From assembly GCF_037042905.1 (NCBI RefSeq), contig NC_087250.1, positions 6,140,001-6,204,000 of the forward strand: 64,000 nucleotides of DNA, in the 5' to 3' direction. Position numbers and translations under genes: made by a program. The notes below the pieces were generated by a model, which saw only the letters and a list, made by a program, of their open reading frames with translations, was not told the origin of the DNA and made no database searches. Origin of the DNA: Lytechinus pictus (lineage: Eukaryota). This document shows positions 27,701 to 39,700 of this stretch, one piece after another (the first letter of the stretch is position 1; each line of letters begins with the position of its first letter).

Positions 27701-30700
27701 AAAATGCATGTAATTGTGATCTACGAGTAAAATATTGTCTGACAACATGTTTTATTGCAAGACATATAATTTCTTTTGTCATGCATGAGATAAATGCTGT
27801 ATTATGAAATTCAAAATGGCCCCTGTAGGCCCTAACAGTATTATCTACAATGTGAACGGGGACATATAATTTTGTAAGAATTTGGATTTGCTTGACTATG
27901 ACAGTCAGACCGCAGGTCCCTATGCTAATGAGCAAAAAGGCCAGATTCATCCAAATCATCTCGTGGCTGAATCCTCATCCTTGCAAAATCTCGTGATTCG
28001 TGAGATTTTCTTTCTCTAAGAATTTACCTGCTTTAACCTCAAGTTAAATGAAATACTATTGCACCATCAGACAGAGTAAAAGTTACTCTTTCATATTGGT
28101 CATTTATTTTGTATACAATATTTTGTTAAATAAGTAAATTTCTGGCCTGAAATTGTGCCTCAAAACTGAATTTTCTTCCTCTGTTTTCTTTTGCAAATTG
28201 TGCAAAACTTTTTATTTTGAGCCTCAATGAAATCTATATCACCATAAAGCTGAACTTCTGTACTTTCTCACAATGCCACTCTTGATATGCGGCACCTTTT
28301 AATCGGGTCAAGATCACACTTTTCCCACCAAGGTACAAGACGAGATTTCTGAAATTTTGTACTTGCATGAAATCCAGAGTTCTGATTGGCTGGATAAGGT
28401 TCACAGAACAACAGGCGCGGGGTATTTGAGGAGATTACCACATGGGAAGTGTGACCTTCCCACGAACCCAGGCACTGGAACCGTTGGAATTTGCCATTGT
28501 GTGGTCTTTTTGACCAATCAGAGTGCAGTATACTTGTTTTCAAGCTGCTTTATGTACTTGGCAAATGAAAAGTGTGATCTTGACCCGATTAAACCAATTC
28601 TTATTTTGAAACCTATATCATTTCAAAGCATACATATTCAGCTTTATCATGATATAAACATCATTTGGGCTCAAACAAAAATAAAGTGTGAAAATAGCAG
28701 CTTTTGTCAGGTGAAAATATTTATTTTGTAGCATATTTTAGATCAAAATTTTAACCTATATTACAAAATCTTTGAATAAATCCAAACACATGACCTGAAA
28801 GAATGATTCTTCTTCTTTACAATGGTACCAAATTCATGAAATTCGATGCATAATTAGAGCAGCAATGACCGAATGAAAAGAGGTGTTTTGGTCCGCATCA
28901 AGCTCATTAAATATGCAAAACATCTCAAGTCATGAATATCACTTGGATGAAAGAAGCCACTTTCTTGGGACCTGCAGTCTGACTGATGACATCTATATAA
29001 TCCTGTTGTATGAGTAAAATGTTATTTGAAAACACATTTTTTATATAAATTATGGCATTTCTTCTGCCATATAGTTGATAAATATTGTATTTTGACATTC
29101 AAAATAAGTAACCATGTCTACAAGCCGTAACTAAATTATGTAACATGCGAACAGGGAAACTAATTTTCACAAGAGTGAGAATCATAAAATGCATATAACT
29201 GTGATGTACGAGTAAAAATATTGTCTTAAACATGATTTCTAACTAAATACATCACATATTGGTCGTGGAGGTAATAAATGCTGTACTTTGAAATTCAAAA
29301 TGGCTGCCATAAGTCCTAAAAGTATTGTGTACATTGTAACATGGGACATATGATTTTGACAGAATTTTGCTTTGTTAGACTCTAGATATTGCACATAATT
29401 GTGAATTGTGATCTAAGGGTGAATTATTGTCTAAAACGATGGTTTCTAACGAGATATATCATAATGCTGTGTAATTTTTGTGATAAGTGCTGCATTTCTT
29501 AAATTGAAAATGGCCAACAAAGGCCCTTATCGTATAATATACAATTTGAGTGGAGACAAATAATGTTCACAAAATGGGCATATGGGCAGCCATTTTGAAT
29601 ATTGAAATACAGTATTTATCAACTAAATTATATAAGATATGATATATTTTGTTATAAATCATGTTTTCAGACAATATTTCACTCATACATCACCATTTGG
29701 CCAAACAAAGCCAAATTCTGTTGAAATGATTTGTTCCCTTTCACATTGTGCATAATACCGCAAGGGCCTGTAGCGGCCATATTTTGACTTTAAAATAACA
29801 GTATTTATCAAACTGGCAGAATAAATGATATATCTTAATAGAAATTATGCTTTCAGACAATGTTTTACTCATATATCACTATTACGTACATTTATGGTGC
29901 TCACTCCTGTGAATATTGGTTTCCCACTTTGCATTGTACATAATACAGTCAATGTCTATGGCGGCCATTTTGAAAGTCAAAATACAGTATTTAACACAAA
30001 CCTGAAACCTGAATGATATATTTCGTTAGAAAATACGTTTTTAGACAGCATCTCATTAATTTATCACATATATATATGCATTTCAGTGCTCACTCTTGTG
30101 ATTTCTTTGCTCCTCTTTCTCATTGTGCATAATACTTTTAGGGCCTTTGGCAGCCATTTTGAATATCAAAATACAACATTCATCACATACATGGCTTACT
30201 AATAATATATTTCGTTAACAATTAAGTTTTTAGTCAGTATATTCCACTCGTTTAATCTTCATAATAAGCATTTTAGTGATCACTCTTGTGAATTTTTTGG
30301 CCCCCATTGCCATTGTACGCAATACTGTTTGGGCCAGTGGCGGCTATTTTAGATATCAAAATACAGCAATGTTCCCATATATGACATAATAAATGATATA
30401 TCTCGTTATTAATGATGATTTGCATATATTACTTCGTTCATACATCGCGATTTTTTTGCAGTTTAGTGCCCATTTTTGTGAAAATTAGTTTTCCCTATTC
30501 ATATTGTACATAATAGAGTATAGAATGGCATATGGCGGCCATTTTGAATATCAGGAAAATAAATATTTTGTCAACAATTATTTTTTCAGAGAGTATTTCA
30601 CTCCTGTCACATAATTTCATGCATTTCATAGCCAATGTGCATACAATTTTATGATTTTCATGGGCAATTTGCATATTTTGGCGGCCATATTGGATTTTGC

Positions 30701-33700
30701 CAATTTGCGGAAAATGCTCAAGGTTACACGAGTGGCATCATTCAGATTCGTAATCAGCACCCTCGAATTGACAAGAAACCATAAAAAAATATTGTATATA
30801 TGAAAAAACAAGGTTATGCCTCTTCTATCCTGGACTATATGAGGATCATCGCTCTTCAAGTTACAAATCTACCGTTGGCACGTGATCTCGGGAAAGCCCT
30901 TCGTGTTGGTGATGATATCATTGTTGGATTCATTGACTTATCGAGCCCTTCAGTGATTCGTGATGCGACATTGCAGGTCATCGATAGTTGGTTGGGAAAT
31001 TTGAAAGAGGAAGAAAGGGAAGAAAAGCTCACTCGGCTTCTCTCAGAGTACAACATCCTAAATGCCAAAGCAGGTATGTTGAATTATAAGAGTAGTTATA
31101 TAACATTTAATTACAGTTGAAACAAAATTGTTCCACAGATGGAGTATAGTATACTTTGAGTTAAAGATCCTGACCGGTGTAAAAACAATCATTTATCAAA
31201 ATAAAGGTAATGATTCATACAATACAAATATACCAAAAATATTACATATATCTCCTTCCAATAGTTAAAAATATTAAATAAAAGTCAAAGAACCTGCTCT
31301 TCCAAAGTACGCTTCGATTGAGCACCCCCACGTCGCCTGGCAATGATGACGTCACGTTGTGTCAGGAAGGTTGTGATTCCATAGGTTTGTGTACAAAAGC
31401 AATGGGTATTTTTTCCATTTCCATGTTATGAATCCATTTTTTTTTCGTTTTCAGATGAAAATGGCACTCAAAATTATTCACTGTTCAAATTGTTGTAAAC
31501 CTACAACTATTCACTACCTTTTTTTGTGATTTCTTTGTTTGGCTCTTATTGGGCCTAAATTGCTATGTCAGGAAAAGTTGTTATACATAATCTAAATGCA
31601 GATAGAATTGAAATCTGCGCCAAATAAGCAGGAAATAGAATATGGCAAAAACTAGTTCAAAACTGTAGATTTCATAAATTCAAGCTTGTGGGTAAAACTA
31701 TATGTGATATCCCTCTGTGATAGAAGTGAAGAGAATGAAATGCGTTATCAGGAAAGCAAAAAATCACCCAGTTTTTCTGTGTACAAACCTAAGGAATCAC
31801 GACGCTTCTTACACAACGTGACGTCACGGTCTCGAGGCAGGTGAAAAGCACAATAAAGCCTATTTTCTAAGCGGGGTTCGAAGCCCGATAATTGGAATAT
31901 TCTTAAGCAAAATACTCAGCTGGGAAGCGGTGAAAGTGCATAAAGCATAACTTGCTGTATTTAGTAGCTTATAAGCTTTCGATTGGTATATAATTTATCA
32001 ATTTCATTTTCGGGTCCGGTCTGGATCTTTAAAGCGTCAAAGTACCGTAGTTCTTATTTACTTCCCGTCTTGAGATTTAATCTCACCCCAAGCGTTACTA
32101 TTCTACGCATCTAATTCTCTATATACGCTCGAGTGAAAACGAAACACATCGTTTCCAGTTGAATGTCTCCTCCCGATTCTAGGTCACTGACAGAGATCAT
32201 TGACATGTTGACATGCTTGAACTACCTTCCATTTCTATTGTTAATTAATGCACATGCCTTACCCGTTGCTATGCTAGACAAATGTCAGTCAAGCTCTTTA
32301 TACATGTAACAATGTTACGTAATTGCGACCAGTTTACTCTGTAATTCAAATGAACTTATCTTCTAATGCCTACATTTCTTCTCCTTCTCCATCTACTGTA
32401 TGTTTCTTTTCTACTCTTAACTTTCTTAATTATATGCAATTACGTATGATGTCATTACAGTACGTAACTTGTTATTTATTTGAATCTGGCGACCCCAACT
32501 CAAGCTCTGCTTTCCGGGTTTTCGCCTCCTTCAAAATTGTGTCAAAATATATACTGTATTCGTTATTATGTCAACTATTATTTTGTATCTGTTTGAAGGA
32601 AATAAATGTGATTTTCAATCAATCAATATTCTTAACCATTTTTTTTTTCACTCAAACAATTTTGGATAGATGAAAGCTTTAAGGACCTAACGATTTATTC
32701 CTGAAATCCTTGAAAGATTGACAGCTATTCTACTTTTATTATGCGTTATTGAAAAGCGCTAACAGTCTTGGCTCCATGTCAAAAGTCCATGCAGCGTTCT
32801 TTGTCGCTTTTACCGCATCTGGGTTTTAGCCGCAGCTTTCCCTTGTCATCAAGGGAACGGCCGACATCAAAGGCCCATTCATACCACAGTTCTTTTGTTC
32901 GGCTTTCATGCCGATCTTGTTTTCTGTTGACAGACCGAAATATATATATTCTAAACAGCTTCATAACGAATACGCAGCGCGATAAGTAATTGAACATAAT
33001 GATGACAAATATCAAAGTGATAATACTAATAATCCACTTCTTAATATAGATTAATACATTACGAAGACGTCTCTAAGGAATTTACATACACAGTATATGT
33101 GGATCATCTTCCCCCAAATGAAATGTACATACTTTTCTACTCCATAGGGTGTATTTCAACAAGCGTTTCCAATTGTAGGACCATTATTTTTTATATATGT
33201 ATCATTTATTACGCTTTAATGTAAATATCATATATTTTCTCTCTTTTCGATCAATCGACCAATCAGTTATTAATTCCAACAATAAGATGGTAGATTAATT
33301 CACGCGCGTTTTCAATACACATACATCAAAGTCACGTAAAACCATTACAGATATTTTGCTAGCAAAAAAACGCACCTTTTTTACAGGTTGCAAGGAAATC
33401 TCCAAAATCCCACACTCCACTGGAGAACTACTGCAGTTGTGCCAGCGAATAGACGTAAAAGCCTCTATTCTCCTGGAGATCATAATTGGTGTGGGGACGT
33501 TTCCTGCTCACGTGATCCGCCGTATTGCTCTGAAGATGTTAAAAGAATGGCTTATCCAGGGCGGAACTAGAGAGAGACTCTTGGAAGTTGCTCAGGCTTT
33601 TCGTTTCAACGATGCCGCGCTCAAGATCGCAGAAGGTATATATTGTGAAAATTATTTGTAACATAATATAATTAAATAGGTATGAAGTGATATTGTCAAT

Positions 33701-36700
33701 AAACAACAGAATGGGCGACGAATAAATGCTCTCCGAAATGGCAATTTACAGAGAAAAGAGAAGCAGCACTCTTCTGGTTTCGACGGCGTTTCTTAAGGCT
33801 ACTGAAATAATTGGACACCTTTGTCATTACTTTGCGGTGCAGAACAGAGACGTTTCCGCAAGCAAAGCTGTTTTGAGTTATATTGATCTTATCCAAGTTA
33901 AATTTAAAGTCTAATCTAATATTACCATTATTCAATTTTAGTCATTCGTATTTTAGCGCATAGTTTCTTTAACTTGGTTATTGTTTTGATCTGCATTTTC
34001 ACGTATACAGGACGAACATCACATTGACATCTTAATGTCAACAAGTCTATCATTTTGTACTTATAGGCTCAGTTCCTTGCCCAATATAACGAAATCATGG
34101 AGAAGTGTTCAGTTATGATGATTTTGACGCTAAATTGCCAATTCGTTTACTGCCAACTCGTCCACTCACCACATGGTCTACTTTCATTTAGTCAAATGCC
34201 ATTTCGTCTATTAACATTTTATCTAACAACCATGTGGTATAATCGTCTGATTACCATTTCGTCCATGACCAATTCGTATCATAACCAGATGGTCTAATAT
34301 CCATTAATTTTGCACAATAAACACAGACTCAAATTAGACCAAATGGTTTATGGACTAATGGCTATTTGACCTACTGGTTATTAGACGAAATTGTGAGTGG
34401 ACGAATTGGCAATTAGATCATATGGATAATGTACGAACTGATGGTAGACGAAATGATAGTAGACAAGTTGGAAATTGGACGAATTGCCATTAGACAAATT
34501 GGAAATAAACCGATTTCGACTTTACGAAATAGGCCGAGTAAATCGAGATCGAGTAAATTTGCAATCCATATATTAATACAGTGTTTTATGTATTGCCATC
34601 TTCTTAATGCAATATTATCATGATTTTCATATCTCCGTGATAGCCATGGAATCTTGCTTCCCTCCTTTCATCTCTTATGGGATCATGGATCATAGGGGAG
34701 TGAAACTGTTCCTGGATAAACTTGGCATCACTGTAACTATCCCTGAAGGAGCCATACCGAAAGGGATGAGATCCGTGGCAACACTTCAAGTTCGAACGCA
34801 GGACAGTCCTAGAATACCTTTGCAACAGCGTGAAGTCCTCATTACTCCTGTCATCGAGACTTCTCTCACACAAGAACTGATAAAGCCAGCTATGGTGGTA
34901 GTACAGCTTTGCATCAATCCCAATGTTCGTAGAGATGACTCTCCCACCATCCTTTACACCAAAACAGAACAAGGTATCTACTTCTGCTCATTCACAGATG
35001 TGAAAGGCGTCAATGATTCTAAAATGCGTCAACGTATTGGAAGATCTTTCCATTGGCATAATTGGCGAGGCATCGTGCGCCTAAAACATAAAAATGTCTC
35101 AGTGGTTCGATTACGTCTGTATTAACTTTGGCTACGCCTATATTATGCGCGTACCAGTAAACAACCACCTTTACTTAGGACCTCTACTGGCATCTCTCAA
35201 TGTCTTAAACAACTATCATAACAATGAAATAAATCATATATCTTTTAATGTGTATTTTTTGACACTTTGGCTTAAAAAAGGAAATGGAAGTTTGAGTACT
35301 AAACGACAAAAAGCAATGGAAAGTGGCTTTTGGGAGGGAAAGCACGCTTTGGAATTTGGAATAAATTGACGGGGCTTTTAACTATCATCTGGGCCGCCTT
35401 CAAACCGAAATTAAGAACTTATTGGAAAAAAATTTACTTTTGACATCCTAATGAGTAATTTTGAACTTTTTTCCTTTGCAATTCGAAGGTTTCTTCAGTT
35501 TTAGAAGCCTGACAAACCCCACATCAGAAATCTCAAGAAATGAGATCACTTTTCACACGCGGCATCTACAAGTGTTTGCCCTGTCATCAAACAATCTCCA
35601 GGGACTTCAGTTGAGATGTGCAATTTTCCAACCAGTAATCATGGATCCTACACGGAATCCAACTCTTCGCATTTACATACTGCATCCTTGTATGAACTAT
35701 GTACAGGTATATACAATATTACATACAGTGAATCTGTTGCGGAAATATTGAAAGATGTTCAAGAAAGCCTTTAAGGAAGGCGGCCGTTATATTTGAAACT
35801 GAAAGACCGGGCCAAAGCGAGGACTCTATAGCAAACTTGATTGATTTTTTCTATCCATTTTTTAACACTAATGTTGCATCTTTGCTGTAGGCCTATTTTT
35901 TATTTCCTTTTCTCTATACTTGGTTCTTCTTTTCCTTAATTCTTCGATCATATTAAGGATCTGTAAAATCGCAAGGTTTACCAATAAAACAAATTGTTAA
36001 TGTATATCCTCAAAAAAGATCAGTTCCATGGTATCATCATTCTTTTTTTTTTTTTGGGGGGGGGGGGAGGGGGCGATTCCAAAAGCTGAAAATAGATTTT
36101 AAGGAAGCACCTTGCACACGATTTTTTTTTCAGGATATAGTGAGAGCAGAAAAGTGTTCGTCTATAGCCTACTGTCAAGTCATGGAAGAGTTAAAGTTCT
36201 CTATAGATTCATCAACAAGAGACCTAAGAATCGTTTGCCGCATCGGAACTGCAAGGATCAAAAGAATGGTGATAATTTTGTCAATATGATTATAATGATA
36301 TTGGTTGAATGATTTTTGAGCGGTTTATTTTCTTAACAATTACACAATATACATGTAGTTAATGCAATTAAATTGACTATGAATTAGAGATACTGTAAAC
36401 AAACTTGTCGGGGTCCAAAGTTTGAAATAAAGACTACAATATTTTCATGTATCTTTTGACCACTACTTCAACTGTCAAATGCTCGCACCATCCCGGGGGC
36501 CGCGGAAGGGCGTTAAAGATAGGGGATGGGGCTCAACAATTTGATGGGCATTTTCATTTTCCTATACATCCTTCATCACTATCTGCACCACCTTCATCAC
36601 AATCATTATTATGTCATAATCACCATCGCCATCATTATCACCATAGTCCCCACCATCACCATACTCCCACCATAACCACCACCACCATCATCTTCATCAT

Positions 36701-39700
36701 TATCATCATCATCATCATCAAAATCATCATCATCATCATCATCATCACCACCATCCTCATAATCATCATCATTATCATCATCATTATCATCATCATCATC
36801 ATCATAATCATCATCATCATCATCATCACCACCATCCTCATAATCATAATCACAATCATCATCATCATCACCACCATCCTCATAATCATCATCATTATCA
36901 TCATCATCATCCATCATCGTCACCATCATTATCATCACCATAACTTATGAATATCACTTTCATCATCACCACCGTTAATCATTATAACCATCTTTGTCAT
37001 CGTCATCATCATCATTATCATCCATTAGTACCACTATCATCATCATCATCATCATCATCATAATGATCATTATTGGTATTGTTATCATCATCTTAGTTTT
37101 TTGAAATCTGAAAGAAGTTAAGTTCTGTCTTTCCTCTTAATATTGCATTTTTTTTTCGTAATAGCCACTTCTCCTAATTTATATCTCATGTTCAAATTTG
37201 TACTACCCACCTTCCTTTTCCTCTAACCAAGATGCCCATTAAGAGTGTACTAAGCGGAAGAATCACCCATGTAGACCTCGAGCTTCAGTTTACTCCCAAG
37301 GAGAAAGGAAAGAAGAAAGTCGAGATGACCATTCTGGAAGTGTCAAGGATATATGCTGAAAGCAACTTCGAGACCTCAATAGAAGGTAAACACATGAAAT
37401 AAAACAAAATCAGCATGATTTACACGTGATTCTTTTGTGCAGATTAGTAAAAAAATAATTCTTAGCAATCAAATTCAGTTAGTTGATCCAACCTTCTTCT
37501 AAGTGACACCTTTCGAGATAGATTGTAAACGCTATACATTATTGGAAATACTATTTTGTCACCTCTCCCTTTTCCCTTCTGTAGAAAAGCAATTATTATA
37601 ATTATTGTATCTAACGTTTACCTTATATTCAATTACGATTGATGACTAAGTTGTTACGTGATTATAAATATAATGTTATGTAATAGGTGGTGATTTTTTT
37701 TTATTCAGCGTCAATTTTCCTTATGCTTTTAAAGGGCAAAACTTGGTTTTTTTTTCGCTTCTTTTATTCATGTCTTTGCTCTAGGCCCATGCCTTTACTG
37801 ACAAAAACCATATTTATTGTGTTGGTATTACAGAAGGAAATACGAGGGATTTAAAACTAGATATTGGGTAGCTTAATGATTATCTCTGCAATGTTTATGT
37901 CTGAAATGTGTAAAACCATTTACAGCTCTATATTTTATTTTTCTCCTATGTCTGATACAGATGAACCAGATTATACGCGAGATCAAAAAGACTCGTAAGT
38001 ATAGAACTGATGCTTTATTTCAATCAATGATAGACCCAAATTGATAATGATGATAATAATGATAATATTATTAATAATGATTATAATAATAATGATAGTA
38101 ATAATATAAATGCTAGTAATAATAATAATATTAATACTATGTTTTTCATATAACAGCCGGGGAAGGGTTCCTTGAGCTATGTGGGTGTGTTTGGAATATA
38201 TATATATAATTTTATGTATGTATGTATGTATTATATATTTCCATTATATATATATATATATATATACATTTCCAAATCTGGCACATTGGTCAGATACATT
38301 AAAAAGGGAATTGTTTTTGCTGGGATTTTGCTTGATTCCGCATGCATAAATATGAGCAACTAGTATAAGTTCAAGCAATTTCTAGATGATGGTTAGCATA
38401 AAGCGAACATTTTATTTGTGCGTTTAAGAACTTGCTTAGGTTTTTTCAAGCTCCGTCAGAGTAGCTTGAGGGTGTGCTTGGTCAGGATGTTTGCGTTTTT
38501 AATTATTTTTATGTACCTGAGAGAGAACCCCAATGTGTACACTGCAAAAACTCCGGTGTTGATTTAACACCAGCCCGGAATCTATATATGTCCACACCAG
38601 AGTATTGAAAGAACACCAGTTTGGAATCAAACCGATGTTGCTTTAATACAAACTGGTGTTGTATAAACACCTATCTGGTGTTCGAACAAAAACGAAACTG
38701 GTGTTGTTTAACACTTCTCTGATGTGGACATATATAGATTCCGGGATGGTGTTAAATCAACACCAGAGTTTTTGACCAAAATTGTCTATGAGTAACTACG
38801 AACTGGTCTATTGCTTTCTAAAGGCGGGAAATGGTTCAAGCACTAGCAAAGGGTTATGAATATAAGATAAAGCAATTTGTGAATCATGATCTGCTGCTTG
38901 GCTTGCAATTGCATGTGCTTAAAGAAATATTTTATTGCTGGCAAGCAATTGCTAATTTGTATGCATCTGGCCCATTCTGGATCAAACAAAATAATGAATG
39001 TCCTTCGAGAAAGAGAAGGAATTAATTTATCGGACAATTCTTTTTTTATACATATAGCACCCACACACCCGTTCAAATCCCCAGCGTACACATTTACAGA
39101 AATGTAAAGATGATAACTGTATTCGGAATAATTTTTGCTTTTGCTCATCACCTCCCTCTCTCTATTTCAAGTATAAATATTCTAGAAGCTTAACCAAGCT
39201 ATATGCCCCCTCGACATTTTACGCGATAAATATTTATCTTAAAAAAAAACCCAACAAGTTTCGTGTATTGAATCAAATTCACGACGTCCGGGTACGCCGT
39301 TCTCAAAACACAAAATAAAGTGCATGTCCAACCCAAATTTCCTCAAAAACGTGTCGAGGTCAAGATTTAGTACTTTTGAATATTTATTTGAATATTAACA
39401 GCTAAACGTACGCATTAATTATCATTAGATCCTATTATTCAAAATTAATTTCGAGGAGTTCAAAAAAGGATTTAAGAGAAACATTGTACCATTCCTTCGG
39501 TACTGCAATAATTAATTGGAGGGAATCGGTAAAATTCAGTCGTGCTTCTACCACACAATAATTATGTCCTACCTATCAAAAGTAAAGATCAAGTTCACTT
39601 AATGTTACTAAAATAAGGGTAATGTGTTGTTGTACATACTATTCCATTTACTTGTAGACACGGTCATTTGCAGTATGTACCCGACAGCATTCTAAAGATC

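Larger units (their letters stand above)
26945..30837. mobile_element. 3.9-kb non-autonomous foldback DNA transposon (TAG..CTA termini, 3-bp TAT TSD; possibly Academ-like) inserted in exon 14
   Basis: tat|TAGTCCAGGATAG ... CTATCCTGGACTA|tat. Inverted arms >600 bp made of ~180-bp subunits (tattttgaaattcaaaatggc.gcca) that switch orientation near 29550-29585. Confidence 0.9.

Noticed and set aside
36447..36950. Poly-Ile, poly-Asp and poly-Met ORFs
   Set aside because: Frames of an intronic (CAT)n microsatellite.
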